From a virus: a DNA stretch of 64,000 bases. The notes under the pieces are model-generated. The model was not told the DNA's origin and did not search any database. It was given only the letters and a program-made list of their open reading frames with translations. Below are positions 27,810-40,114 of this stretch, one piece after another. The stretch lies in IMG/VR virus record IMGVR_UViG_3300044766_000192, positions 16,420 to 80,419 of that record; one strand, 5' to 3'. Each line of letters opens with the position of its first letter. Position 1 is the stretch's first letter. The translations under genes and the position numbers were made by a program.

Positions 27810-30722
27810 ATGAAGCTGACTCTCGTCACAGCCCTCTATGATCTCAGCAAGCGCGGTGCCGACAAGCATCGAACCATCGATTGGATGCTCGCGAATGGTA
27901 GCTTCGTCCTCGGGCAGCCCCATCACCTCGTGATCTTCACCGAGCCCGAGCTAGCCGATGAATTGAAGGCTCGGCGCGGCAATCGGCCGACGACGATCCT
28001 GACGCCGCCGATCGAGGTACTCGTTGATCCAGAGCGAACGGCAGCGATTTTTCGCGGACAAATCCAGCACAACGCAACACGCGACAAGGTCACGCCACAC
28101 TACATCCACTTGATGTGGGCCAAGTACGGGATGCTTGAGCACGCATTCGAGCGCGTAGACGTACCGATGACTCATCTCGGCTGGATCGACTTCGCGATCA
28201 CGCATGTCGCCAAGCTGCCGCCGGCCGACATCGACATTTTCGTGAATCCGCCAGAGCCGCCTCGTGTCCACATGCTTCGCTACTTCGACGCGAGTGATAC
28301 AGCAAAGCCCGAATATCTGCACAACGTTCAAGGGCATCTTGCTGGCGGCCTCGTCGTCGGTCATGCCGGTCAGATGCATCAACTCGTGCGCGAATTCTGG
28401 CAAGCAGCGGACGCTGCAATTCTACATGGGCTCGCGCCGCTCGATGAGGGCTTGCTCTCTGCGATCGTTGCGCAAAGCCCGAAGCGCTACTCGTACAGCT
28501 GCGGCGACTACTGTGACATCTTGCAGAACCACGACACGATCCGAGGGGGGCGCGATCACATCCGGTGGATGTACGACGATGCCGTTCAGCGTGGGGGGCA
28601 AGCCCGAAAATGGGCGGTAGAGCTTGCGCGATCGACGGTCACGAAATCGCCGCCAACGGCAGCCGTAGCAAAGAATTCGCTGCTCGGGCTCGTAATGATC
28701 GTCAAAGACGAAGCTCACGGAATCCGTGAAACGCTTGCCTCGTTCGCGCACTTCATCGATCGGTGGACGATCCTGGACACAGGGAGCACTGACGGCACGC
28801 AAGCCATCATCCGTGAAGCGCTCGTTGGTATCCCCGGCGAGCTTCACGAAGAACCGTTCATCGACTTCGCGACGTCGCGGAACCGCGCGCTTGAGTTGCA
28901 CAACAAGAAAACCACCTACACGATCATGCCGGACAGCGACGATCGCCTCGTCAACGGCTTGGCGCTGCGCGAGTTTCTTATCACCGACGATACATACCAA
29001 GCCCGCACCGACGCAGCGTACATGGTCAACCTGCGCCGCGGTGACCTATCGTATTTCTTGCCGCTCGTGTTGCGAGCTTCGGCCGGTTGGCGCTATCGCG
29101 GCGCCGTTCACGAGTATGTTGGCCCAGTCACGGGTGAGGGCTTTGCGTCGACGAAGATTCCCGAAGTTCAAATCGTCCAGGATCACGTACCACAGAGCCT
29201 CGAAGCTTCGCGCAAGCGCTGGGAGCGTGATCGGGTTCTGCTCATAGCCGAGCTGGCTATCAAGCCTGACGCCCCTCGCGCGTTGTTCTATGCAGGGCAG
29301 ACTCACGAATGCCTCGGCTATCCAAAGACCGCGCTCGGCTTCTACAAGCGGCGCGTCGTCGTCGGTGGCTGGGCTGAAGAGACCTTCGAGAGCTACCTAC
29401 GCATCGCGAAGATCTTGCAGGCACTTGACCAGCCGTGGCCGGAAATCCAGCAAGCATACCTTGATGCGCACGGCTTCGATCCCAAGCGTGCCGAGCCGCT
29501 GTTCAAGATCGCCGAGCACTGGTACGCCAAGCAAGTCCACGCGCTGTCATACCTGTTCGCTTCGCGCGCCGCCGAGCTACCGCGCCCGGCATCGGTGCTG
29601 TTCGTCGACGAGGAGGTCTACGCGTGGAAGGCCGCTGATACCGCGGCGATCAGCGGCTACTACCTCAACGATGCTAACGCGAAGGCTAAAGGCCGCGTGT
29701 TCGCCGAGCAGTGCGTGCGCGCCAAGCCAGGTGACGAGCGGCTTCGCGCTAACCGAGCATTTTATGCGCCGCCGGCTCGCGAGATGTTCGATGGTTACGA
29801 ATCAAGGGTGATCGGCTTCGTCCCAGAGGAGTCATGGAGTGCCACCAACCCATCAATCTTCTACGATGGCGCTAGCTGGCGCTGCATCGTCCGCACGACG
29901 AACTACAAGATCGTCAACGGCCAATACTTGACTCCCAGCGACAATGTCATCTACACGCGCAACTTCATGTTGGAACTTGATGACAACCTCAACACGACGC
30001 GTGCCGTCGAGATGATCGACGCTACCGGCTTTCCGCGATCGAGCTATCCGGTTCACGGCTTCGAGGATTGCCGACTGTTCAAGCACGAGGGCAAGCTCTG
30101 CTTCACGGCGACGGTTTGCGATTTCGATCTCGAACGAGCCACCGAAGGCCCACGTGAGATCGTGCTCGGTGATCTAGATCGCGACTACAAGATCGTCGGC
30201 GCGACACCACTGCGCGGCCCGTGGAGCGATCGAGCACAAAAGAACTGGATGCCTCGAAGCGGCGACGGCGTTGATTGTCGGGCCGATCTCATCTACGCGC
30301 TGTCGCCTAATGGTGGGGTACAGCCGACCGTGTTCAATCTCAGCTTCGATCTCGATGGGGCCGATCTCGATGGGGCCACGATCACGGCAGACGCGACGAA
30401 CTTTGATCACGGGCGGCTACGCGGCGGCTCGCAGCTCGTGCGCGTGCCCGAGGGCTGGCTCTGTATCGTTCATGATGTCTCGTGGCCAGGTACCGGGCGG
30501 ATCTACCTGCATCGCTTCGTATTGCTCTCCGGTCACCACAAGATCCTTGCAATGACCGATCCGTTCTACTTCGATCGCAAGGGCGTCGAATTCTGCGCTG
30601 GGCTCGCCTACGACAGTAAGCGGCTCGTCGCGAGCTTTGGCGTTGAGGATCGTGAGGCACACTTCGGGATCTTCACGCTCGAAGCCGTGCGCGCCGCGCT
30701 TCGCGTTGACTATCAGATCTAA
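27810..30722 (+). CDS. Multidomain glycosyltransferase: HtrL/WlaTC-like + GT2 + TPR + beta-propeller
   Basis: LVTALYD/WAK/GWIDF; MIVKDE, DTGSTDGT, DFATSRN, DSDD, HEY; TPR-like helices; NPSI, GFEDCRL, KNW, RGGS, EFCAG. Confidence 0.8.
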   Translation: MKLTLVTALYDLSKRGADKHRTIDWMLANGSFVLGQPHHLVIFTEPELADELKARRGNRPTTILTPPIEVLVDPERTAAIFRGQIQHNATRDKVTPHYIHLMWAKYGMLEHAFERVDVPMTHLGWIDFAITHVAKLPPADIDIFVNPPEPPRVHMLRYFDASDTAKPEYLHNVQGHLAGGLVVGHAGQMHQLVREFWQAADAAILHGLAPLDEGLLSAIVAQSPKRYSYSCGDYCDILQNHDTIRGGRDHIRWMYDDAVQRGGQARKWAVELARSTVTKSPPTAAVAKNSLLGLVMIVKDEAHGIRETLASFAHFIDRWTILDTGSTDGTQAIIREALVGIPGELHEEPFIDFATSRNRALELHNKKTTYTIMPDSDDRLVNGLALREFLITDDTYQARTDAAYMVNLRRGDLSYFLPLVLRASAGWRYRGAVHEYVGPVTGEGFASTKIPEVQIVQDHVPQSLEASRKRWERDRVLLIAELAIKPDAPRALFYAGQTHECLGYPKTALGFYKRRVVVGGWAEETFESYLRIAKILQALDQPWPEIQQAYLDAHGFDPKRAEPLFKIAEHWYAKQVHALSYLFASRAAELPRPASVLFVDEEVYAWKAADTAAISGYYLNDANAKAKGRVFAEQCVRAKPGDERLRANRAFYAPPAREMFDGYESRVIGFVPEESWSATNPSIFYDGASWRCIVRTTNYKIVNGQYLTPSDNVIYTRNFMLELDDNLNTTRAVEMIDATGFPRSSYPVHGFEDCRLFKHEGKLCFTATVCDFDLERATEGPREIVLGDLDRDYKIVGATPLRGPWSDRAQKNWMPRSGDGVDCRADLIYALSPNGGVQPTVFNLSFDLDGADLDGATITADATNFDHGRLRGGSQLVRVPEGWLCIVHDVSWPGTGRIYLHRFVLLSGHHKILAMTDPFYFDRKGVEFCAGLAYDSKRLVASFGVEDREAHFGIFTLEAVRAALRVDYQI

Positions 30723-31312
30723 CGCCCGCTTAAGAACTGCCAGCGGTTGAGGCCAACAGCAGGGTCACCGTTGTAGCGCAACCACAACGTCGTCTGCGGC
30801 GGCAGCGTGTAATCGACTATGCTGTCCGTAAGAATCCGATTCGCAGCGTTCGACAGCTCATCGTTACCGAAGCGTGTCGCTAGGCTACCCGGGATCTGGT
30901 TGATCGCGATCGTCTTCCCGTCATCGGCGGGCGTCATGTCGGCGCCGTTGTTCGTGATACCCGTGATGACGCTGCTTCCTGCGACGTCGACCATGTTGAT
31001 CGTGACGAACGTGTTTTGCCCGAGCACACCAAAGTTGACGTTGTTGTAGATCGTGCCAATGCCCGTGTTGAATGTCTTTGTTGGGAGAATCGTGTCGAAC
31101 AGCGGCCCAGCACCACCGCCAGCCGGACCCGTCGGGCCTGTCGAACCAGCACCCGTTGCGCCCGTCGCGCCCGTTGGTCCTGTCGGTCCTGTTGGACCTG
31201 TCGAGCCCGCTCCTGTTGGACCTGTCGGCCCAACAGAACCTGCACCGCCGGGCCCGGTTGGACCCGTGGCACCTGCACTGCAACAGCCTCCAGCTTCTAT
31301 CGGTGATTGCAT
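30719..31312 (-). CDS. Collagen-like fibre protein
   Basis: AGGCC then GPT/GAT triplets; C-terminal beta domain. Confidence 0.8.
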   Translation of the reverse strand: MQSPIEAGGCCSAGATGPTGPGGAGSVGPTGPTGAGSTGPTGPTGPTGATGATGAGSTGPTGPAGGGAGPLFDTILPTKTFNTGIGTIYNNVNFGVLGQNTFVTINMVDVAGSSVITGITNNGADMTPADDGKTIAINQIPGSLATRFGNDELSNAANRILTDSIVDYTLPPQTTLWLRYNGDPAVGLNRWQFLSGR

Positions 31313-31370
31313 TACGCGCTCGGCGGTGTGGTGTCTGCTTGGCTTGGCATGTTCTTAGGAAAGTTATGAA

Positions 31371-33421
<2,051 letters not shown>

Positions 33422-34408
33422 TCAGTCGTAAGCGGTGAGCTGAAAGAGAACGGTTCCCGGAGCCGACATCGTCACGTAGAGGTTCGTGTAGTCGACATCT
33501 TCTAGCTCGGCGCACGGCCCGACGATCACAGGCGTGTTCGGCGAAATTGCTTGCGCCCGATCAACGGGCTGCTCCTGTAGATCGGTGGTCTGACTGATCG
33601 CTCGAATCGCGCCGACACGATAGTCAGCAACCTGCGACGCCATCATCATGATGTGGATGCGCTTGCGGCCGAACGTCGGGATCGCCGCGATGAGTCGCTC
33701 GGCGCCGACTGCTACGGGCGTGTGCGAACCGACTGTGCCTTGAACTTGAAGTGGAAAGCGCTTCTGTGGAGCATAGACGATCGGCGCCTTGAGGTAGAGG
33801 TAGAGGTGCAACCTCGGAAATAGGTTGTTGCCGTCAACATTGGTGCCGAAATTAACCCCAGCGCCGCCGGAAGCCGGGCGATACGTCTGCGGCAAAACTG
33901 TCGTCTCTTGGAGCTTTGGAAACTCGAACTGACTTTGATTCCCGGACCCGAAGTCATCAGCAAATGGGAACACGTACAACGAGCCGTCCACGACCTGTGA
34001 GAAAAGCGGATTGTCGGGTGCTCCCGGAAGATCTTTCTTACCTGGATTCGCGTTCTGCGTGAACATCAGCGGCGTATCGACCGATAGTCGATGCAGACGA
34101 TTGGTGCGCAGCGAAGCCTGTGTCGCGAACGTCGGACTCTTCCCGAGGTTGAAGCTCACCCAGCAGCGATCGACCGTGCTCTGCGGGCCGATCGCGATTC
34201 CGGCGAGTGCTGTTGGAACAGAAACCTCCGTTGGACCATTTGGGGTTGCCGTGTCGACGCTCGTCGGGGGCCACTGCAAATTCTTGTAGTCGCCGGTTGG
34301 ATCTCCGGGATCTCGAAAACCCCACTCGTTGAAGATCACTTCGTATAGATCGTGCCCGCGCGCGATAGCGTCTTTGATGCCAAATTCTGGATTGTTACTC
34401 CACGGCAT
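33422..34408 (-). CDS. Putative structural (vertex/spike) protein
   Basis: Beta-rich 328-aa ORF within the capsid operon. Confidence 0.55.
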   Translation of the reverse strand: MPWSNNPEFGIKDAIARGHDLYEVIFNEWGFRDPGDPTGDYKNLQWPPTSVDTATPNGPTEVSVPTALAGIAIGPQSTVDRCWVSFNLGKSPTFATQASLRTNRLHRLSVDTPLMFTQNANPGKKDLPGAPDNPLFSQVVDGSLYVFPFADDFGSGNQSQFEFPKLQETTVLPQTYRPASGGAGVNFGTNVDGNNLFPRLHLYLYLKAPIVYAPQKRFPLQVQGTVGSHTPVAVGAERLIAAIPTFGRKRIHIMMMASQVADYRVGAIRAISQTTDLQEQPVDRAQAISPNTPVIVGPCAELEDVDYTNLYVTMSAPGTVLFQLTAYD

Positions 34409-34729
34409 CTACGCCCTCACCAATGCTTCGGGGAATGCCTCGGAGACAGAGATCGAAACTACTCCATCACCTCCGAGGCTAACAGCATAGATGCCCTGCT
34501 TGGGCGCAAGCACGAAGACTTCCGATCGATCTGACGGCAGCTGAAACTGTCCCGCTAGTCCGGCAGAAGCCTCGACGAGATCCGACGGCGAGAATGCTAG
34601 AAACACGAGTGCGGGCCCCACATTTCGCACGACGATCCGCAGCGGGTTTACCGTCGCGACGTAGAGCGTCGCCGGGTCTTTGAACCCGGAGATCGGTACG
34701 GCAACGGTGTTCATTAGAGACTCGCGCAC
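34409..34729 (-). CDS. Small beta-sandwich structural protein (penton-like candidate)
   Basis: SD GGAGGT; IVVRNVG..VFL...LAPKQGIYA pattern. Confidence 0.55.
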   Translation of the reverse strand: MRESLMNTVAVPISGFKDPATLYVATVNPLRIVVRNVGPALVFLAFSPSDLVEASAGLAGQFQLPSDRSEVFVLAPKQGIYAVSLGGDGVVSISVSEAFPEALVRA

Positions 34730-34765
34730 TGTCAGACCTCCATGCTAGGGCTAGCGAGCATGCCT

Positions 34766-35263
34766 TTAGCGCGATTCAGAAGGCGGCGCGACGACGATCA
34801 GGAATCCCTGGAACATCCACGCGAGGCGCAGCGTGACGAGGTCGGAGAAGTTCGTGAACGCAAGCGCGTCCACGACGATCTGAAAGCTCTCCGCTCGCAC
34901 GATCGTGTAGGGCTCGGCCCATTCCCACGTCTGCTCGGCCGTGCCTTTGGTCAGCAGCGGAAGCGCGGTCGGAGCCTTGGTCATCAGCTCGTTCTTGCCG
35001 AGGTCGGAGATCCGAACCCGCAAGAGCGATTGAAGGACCACCTGATCCGGCTGGTTGTCCAGCACGTCGCCGTTGGTGTCGAGCGCGATGCAGAATGGCT
35101 TGCAGCGATGGATCTCGAACGGCTTGTCGACGTTGTGCAGGAACGTCGCATCCGGGAACTGTTGGCCCACCTGGGCTGTCGTCATCGGAACTTCCCCGGC
35201 CATCTCGTAGGGAATCCGCATCGTGATCTTGCGACCAGCCCAGGAATCAGGAAGGCGACCCAT
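34766..35263 (-). CDS. Putative small single-jelly-roll major capsid protein
   Basis: 165 aa of alternating beta strands, PFEIHR, LRVRISD, WAEPY, final strand MFQGFL; SD AGGAG. Confidence 0.6.
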   Translation of the reverse strand: MGRLPDSWAGRKITMRIPYEMAGEVPMTTAQVGQQFPDATFLHNVDKPFEIHRCKPFCIALDTNGDVLDNQPDQVVLQSLLRVRISDLGKNELMTKAPTALPLLTKGTAEQTWEWAEPYTIVRAESFQIVVDALAFTNFSDLVTLRLAWMFQGFLIVVAPPSESR

Positions 35264-35343
35264 TTTCTTTCTCCTAAACGCCGACGTTTACATTTGATGA
35301 AGGCGCGTTGATCCCGACACTATCACAATAGGAAGGACTCCTC

Positions 35344-35688
35344 ATGGATCAGGACGATTACGTCAGTAGCTTCACGCGCCCCACCGTTGGACTCAAGGTC
35401 TACCTATCGCGCGGTCCATCGGGCTTGCCCGAGACCTTCGAGCGCAAGAGTGCCGATCGCGAGCTAGAGGTGTACCTCGGGCGCGTCAAGGTCAAGATCG
35501 CCATCGACAGCTTCATCAGGCGCATGTTGCTCGAACGCCGCCGCGAAGAATGGGGTGACGTGATCGAGCATCTCGCCGGGCTGACCAAGCTCGACGCCGA
35601 GATCGTGCCGCTCGATGCCGCCGTGGCGTTCTGGGCTCAGGTCAACCAGTCACGTGAAGCCGCGAGCCGAGCCAAAGCTCAGGCATAA
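35344..35688 (+). CDS. Hypothetical protein
   Basis: SD AGGAAGGA; fills the intergenic gap. Confidence 0.55.
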   Translation: MDQDDYVSSFTRPTVGLKVYLSRGPSGLPETFERKSADRELEVYLGRVKVKIAIDSFIRRMLLERRREEWGDVIEHLAGLTKLDAEIVPLDAAVAFWAQVNQSREAASRAKAQA

Positions 35689-35931
35689 GGAAATTACGGC
35701 TGCACGTGCGCGAACGGCTGCGCCCAAGTCTTGAGCGCCGCGAACGCCGCTTGCACAGCGATCTCGATGTCTTCTTGGGGCACAGCATAGGCCGCTTTGA
35801 AGAGGGCGATGCCTTCCTGCAAATTCGCGGTGGCCCAACGAGCTGCGACGGCATCAGGCAATCCGCTCTCGATCTTGTACGCCGTGAGCGCACGAAGAAC
35901 GCCAGCTTCGAGATTCAACAGCTCCACGATC

Positions 35932-37659
35932 TTACTGGTAGAGCCGCGAACCAGTCCCGGTTGCGCCCGTCGCCGCTGCTGCGGTGATGTCGTACTCGTT
36001 GTCGACGGGCCGACCATCGGCTCCCGACAAGAAGTTGGCCCAGGTTCGAGCGGCACCGTCGCCAACCTTCATCTGGCCGGCTGTCCCGTTCGGTGGCGGC
36101 GTTCCCGCTGCCGACGTCACGGCGTCGACCTTGACGAACATACCGTCATCGACGTGAACACCAATACCCGTGTTGGCCGCGCCGGTCGTGCCGCAACTCA
36201 GAAGCTCCAGGACGCCGCTTCCGAGCGTGGCCGCGATCCCGTCGCGACCGCAGCCATAGACGTCGAGCTTGTTGAAGCGACCACGCGAGCCGTGGAAGCG
36301 AATGCCGTCGCCCGTTGCGCCCGGCGTGTTGCGGACGATGCAGTTGAGGAAGCCCATGAACGGCGTCGCCGTTGGGATGCCCGCACCGTAGCCTGGCAAC
36401 GATGACAGGACCTCGATCGGATCACAGGCATCGAAGCATTGCACGCGAAAGCTCGGCAGGCTCGGCGCGATCGAGAAGATGCCTCCAGTGCAGGCGTCCA
36501 TGAGCCCGGCTTGCACGGTGCAGTAGCCGCCGAGAAACGGCGTGCCGATGATCCAATCGCGCACGAGGCGGCTGATCGCTCGCGTCGCCATGTCGACGTT
36601 CGGGCTTTGCAGCTTGCACATCTGCACGGCGATCTCTCCGACGCCAACGCAGGCGAGCCCGGGATTCGCGAGGCCGCCCGTGTTCGTAACTTCGAGCCCA
36701 CTGAACGAGAGCGAGTCGGTGTTGAAGGCTCGAAGCGATCCGGCGCCGCCACCACTCGGTACGATGCCCGGCGTGTTCGATCCCGAGATGTGAGCGCTCG
36801 GTTCCATGACCAGGATCGGCGTGGTGAGCGCCGTGTTCGTCGCGAGCAAGATTGAATTGTTGGTGCTCTCGATGATCACCGCGTTCTCACCACCACCGGT
36901 CGCACCGACGACGAATTTGCCCTTGAGCGCATTCGCGGCCCACGATGCGCGTGCAACGTTGAGCGTAAGTCTGATGAGCCCGGAGACTGCGACTGGAACG
37001 GCGGATAGGATATCGGCGCCGGCAATCGTTGCATCGGCGGGCGAGATCGCCGCCATGAGCTGAGGGATCGCTTGGATCCCGACCGCGGTGGCGAACAGGA
37101 ACCACTGGCTGCCAACGTCGACGGCGATCGTCCGTGGCGTTTTCCAAGCCGGTAGCGTGTAGTCGGCCGGCAGGACTTCCGTGATGCCGGTGACGTCGAC
37201 GATGTAGCGCACGCCCGGCGGCAGAATCTCCGGGACGTCGCGAACAGCACGTTGAAGTGTCAAATACGGCGTCGCGAGCGAGCCGTTGCCGGTCGCGTCC
37301 GAGCCGGTAATGCGCGCGTAGATGATGATGGTTCCCACCGAGAACGGCGGGGTCGGGACGCCACCGGCACCACCGCCGCCATCGGCGATAAACGGGTGCG
37401 GTGTGAGCGCGAGCGTAGCTACGTCGCCGAAGACGCGCTCGATCGAGTGCCAATACTCGACAAGCACGTCGACGTCGCCATCGCCGCTGACCGTGACGTT
37501 CGTAGCATCCGCAGTGATCACGAACCCGGACTTGGAGGCTTCGATGTGGTCGGGGATGACCGCGCGGCCATTCTGCACGATCAAGCCGTGTGGCAGAGAG
37601 ACAGAGCCGCCACCGGGGGTGACGACGAAGTGCAGGATGTTTTTGAGTCTCGTTGCCAT
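35932..37659 (-). CDS. Spike/receptor-binding protein, probable beta-helix
   Basis: TGSDATGNGSLATPYLTLQRAV motif typical of pectin-lyase-fold spikes. Confidence 0.7.
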   Translation of the reverse strand: MATRLKNILHFVVTPGGGSVSLPHGLIVQNGRAVIPDHIEASKSGFVITADATNVTVSGDGDVDVLVEYWHSIERVFGDVATLALTPHPFIADGGGGAGGVPTPPFSVGTIIIYARITGSDATGNGSLATPYLTLQRAVRDVPEILPPGVRYIVDVTGITEVLPADYTLPAWKTPRTIAVDVGSQWFLFATAVGIQAIPQLMAAISPADATIAGADILSAVPVAVSGLIRLTLNVARASWAANALKGKFVVGATGGGENAVIIESTNNSILLATNTALTTPILVMEPSAHISGSNTPGIVPSGGGAGSLRAFNTDSLSFSGLEVTNTGGLANPGLACVGVGEIAVQMCKLQSPNVDMATRAISRLVRDWIIGTPFLGGYCTVQAGLMDACTGGIFSIAPSLPSFRVQCFDACDPIEVLSSLPGYGAGIPTATPFMGFLNCIVRNTPGATGDGIRFHGSRGRFNKLDVYGCGRDGIAATLGSGVLELLSCGTTGAANTGIGVHVDDGMFVKVDAVTSAAGTPPPNGTAGQMKVGDGAARTWANFLSGADGRPVDNEYDITAAAATGATGTGSRLYQ

Positions 37660-37702
37660 GGCCCTAGTAAATACTTGATCGCGCTTGCGATCAAGGAACT
37701 AG

Positions 37703-37734
37703 AAACGACAAAGGCGCCCCCGAAGGAGCGCCTC
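37703..37734 (-). terminator. Intrinsic terminator after the large capsid gene
   Basis: GAGGCGCTCC-TTCG-GGGGCGCCTT followed by a T-rich tail. Confidence 0.75.
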
Positions 37735-37769
37735 TTATGATTGCCGAGAGGTCGAATCGCGCGTTGCGA

Positions 37770-38480
37770 TTAGACGACCGAGCGTCGGATCAGGCCGTAG
37801 AAGTAGACCTTCTCGTCGGCGAAGTTCAGGTCGTCACCAGCATCCGATGCGTCCTGGGCGATCTGCAACGCCGCTTCCGGTTGGAAGCTGAACGTGTAGC
37901 CGAGGTTCTCACGCATCCACACCGGCAGCACGAGCGCGTTGCGATCACGCGGGCTCGGGATGCCGTTCTGGGCGATCTCGAAGAACGCGTTGGTCGAGAA
38001 CACCGCGAAGCCGTGACCCTGCGGATAGTCCTGGATCACACCCGACGTGTAGACCTTGCCGTTGTAGTTGTACTCCAGGAACGTCACGCGATCGACCTGG
38101 AACAACGTCACGAGCTGCGGAGGATCCGACAGCGCGCCATTGGTGTCCGGCAGCTGCGGATCGCTCTTGCCTTCGGCGGGCCGCATGACTCGCGTCATCT
38201 TGCAGCCGACGCCGTAGACGTACATCTCCCAGTCCTTCGGGAGACCCGCCGATCCCGCGCGCGGGATGTTCGTGTCGACACGCGTGCTCGTACGCGTGCC
38301 ACCAGGGATCTGCTGCGATCGTCCGGCCGAGAACGCCTCGACGGGGCCGTTCTGCTGGTTGTTGAACTGGACCGTCGAGTAGAGCTTGTCGTCGATCCAA
38401 TCCGAGATCTGGATCGTCTGCCCGTTGTCCATCGTGATCGTGGTTGTGCCTGGTGCTACGCCAACAGTTCCGCCTGCCAT
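37770..38480 (-). CDS. Putative large single-jelly-roll major capsid protein
   Basis: 236 aa; LYSTV...DTNIPRAG..GLP..WEMYVYG..LPV..REN..F..VYFYG, recalled as a vertical SJR capsid pattern; strong SD and its own terminator. Confidence 0.7.
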   Translation of the reverse strand: MAGGTVGVAPGTTTITMDNGQTIQISDWIDDKLYSTVQFNNQQNGPVEAFSAGRSQQIPGGTRTSTRVDTNIPRAGSAGLPKDWEMYVYGVGCKMTRVMRPAEGKSDPQLPDTNGALSDPPQLVTLFQVDRVTFLEYNYNGKVYTSGVIQDYPQGHGFAVFSTNAFFEIAQNGIPSPRDRNALVLPVWMRENLGYTFSFQPEAALQIAQDASDAGDDLNFADEKVYFYGLIRRSVV

Positions 38481-38583
38481 GACTCTCTCCTTGTGAAGAC
38501 TTGGTTTTTGGCTCGCGTGGGAGTCGTCCCCCGCACGAGCAGTGAGCTTTGTCGATCTCGTTCAGTGAACGAGAGTGATCGGC

Positions 38584-39207
38584 CTAGTGATGCTGGCCGT
38601 AGAGCGTCGCGCCGTAGCGCGCCGAGAGCCCCGAGATGTTCGGGCCGCCCGCCGCGAGCTGCTGACCGAGCAGATTCACCGGAGGCCGAGCACCGCCACC
38701 GCGCGCTGCGCCGAAGCCCGAGACTTGCGGACCGGCAACGCCAGGGATCGTGCCTTGCGGATGGCTGGTTGCCGAAACCGACGGCAGTCCGAACTGGCCA
38801 CCGTTGAGAGCACTGATCTGTGGCAGGCCCATCTGACCGTTGAGGGCGTTGATCATCGGCATGCCCATGCCCTTGACCGGCTGAGCTGGCGCCGATGGCG
38901 CGAACAGCACGCCTTCGAGCCACTTCAGGCCGCTCGCGAGGAACGCACCCGCGAACGCGCCCCACGATGCGTGACGTGTGGACTTCATCGCCCACAGCGC
39001 ACCGCCACTCGCGAGCCCGACGAGGAAGCCGATCAGATCGGCATTCTGTTGCGCAGCGCTGCCCGGTGTGCCGCGTGACAGAGCCATCGAGGTGACGCTT
39101 GAGACGCCGCCGCCGATGAGCATGCCGTAGAGCGGGTTCATGCCGGGGTTCTCACCGAATTCGTTGAGGCCGAGCAGGTCGACGTTTCCGAGCAGCTTGG
39201 TGGTCAT
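38584..39207 (-). CDS. Gly-rich multi-TM virion membrane protein next to the capsid gene
   Basis: SD AAGGAG; three hydrophobic helices; repeats (M/F)G(M/L)P.I.ALNG. Confidence 0.7.
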   Translation of the reverse strand: MTTKLLGNVDLLGLNEFGENPGMNPLYGMLIGGGVSSVTSMALSRGTPGSAAQQNADLIGFLVGLASGGALWAMKSTRHASWGAFAGAFLASGLKWLEGVLFAPSAPAQPVKGMGMPMINALNGQMGLPQISALNGGQFGLPSVSATSHPQGTIPGVAGPQVSGFGAARGGGARPPVNLLGQQLAAGGPNISGLSARYGATLYGQHH

Positions 39208-39223
39208 GAGATCTATCGCTCCT

Positions 39224-39412
39224 TCAGGGTTTTTTCGGGGCTGGGCAGCTGCCCTTGAACAGCCAGCCACTTCTTGTCTTCGCGCTCTTGCCGACGAAAC
39301 AAAGGCGGGCCCCTCGTTTCGTCCTCGTATTGAAAACGCACTTGCACTCGCCGATGCCGAGCTGCTTTCGGCCGGATTCGCCCGAGCCCGAGAGCGTCAT
39401 GATGCTCGGCAT
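39224..39412 (-). CDS. Basic Cys-containing microprotein
   Basis: SD GAGGAG; MPSIMTLSG leader. Confidence 0.65.
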   Translation of the reverse strand: MPSIMTLSGSGESGRKQLGIGECKCVFNTRTKRGARLCFVGKSAKTRSGWLFKGSCPAPKKP

Positions 39413-39422
39413 CGTGATCTCC

Positions 39423-39956
39423 TCAGTGCCAAGGCCAGCGCAGGCCCCGCCACATCATCATCGTGGTCTTGTCGATTCCCTCCTGCATGTTCGGCGGAAG
39501 GTTCGATGATCGGCCGTACGCCTGCGCGACCATCTGATGGATCTGCCGTTGCGGCCCGCCCCACGGACCGATGCCGGCAGCCGGGCCGTACGCACTTTGC
39601 TGTACAGCGACACCACCGCCCGGAACCGAAGAGTCGGCGAACCCCACCGGAGCGCTCGCTTGCATCTTGCGCATCCACGCGCGAGCCCGAACACCCGCCC
39701 ACCAATTCCGCAGCCGCGGAAATAGTGGAGCACCGAGCCCGCGCAGCACCGGGCGATAGACGCCGGGGCCTGACAACGTCATGCCGCTCTGCGGGCCGGT
39801 CGTGAACGCATTCGCGACCATCTGAACGTCTTGTCCGGGGTTGTAGCCAACCATCGGCGAGAGAACGCTCGTGCGCATCACGCGATCGGGCCGCATGAAG
39901 TGCGAGCCGCCGCCGTGCCGAGGAACTGCGTCACCGAGAAGTGAAATCTGGTGCAT
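39423..39956 (-). CDS. Putative virion protein
   Basis: MHQISLLG leader; internal LRGLG. Confidence 0.6.
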   Translation of the reverse strand: MHQISLLGDAVPRHGGGSHFMRPDRVMRTSVLSPMVGYNPGQDVQMVANAFTTGPQSGMTLSGPGVYRPVLRGLGAPLFPRLRNWWAGVRARAWMRKMQASAPVGFADSSVPGGGVAVQQSAYGPAAGIGPWGGPQRQIHQMVAQAYGRSSNLPPNMQEGIDKTTMMMWRGLRWPWH

Positions 39957-40114
39957 GAACGCGAGCATGCAGATCTGGATCTCGCCGGGCAACTAAGTTG
40001 TTTAGTGATTCTCGCCAGTTAAATAGACGCTGTGCTAACAACTGCGATGACGATTAAAACTAAATCAGTGAAGTTACGTGCTGAGTGTCAGAGCAATCTG
40101 ATAACGAATCCCCC

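Noticed and set aside
34742-35311. Long antisense ORFs (also 37737-38807, 50112-51287, 1005-1808 and others)
   Set aside because: Shadow frames of high-GC genes; the opposite strand has motifs, SD/promoter signals and operon context
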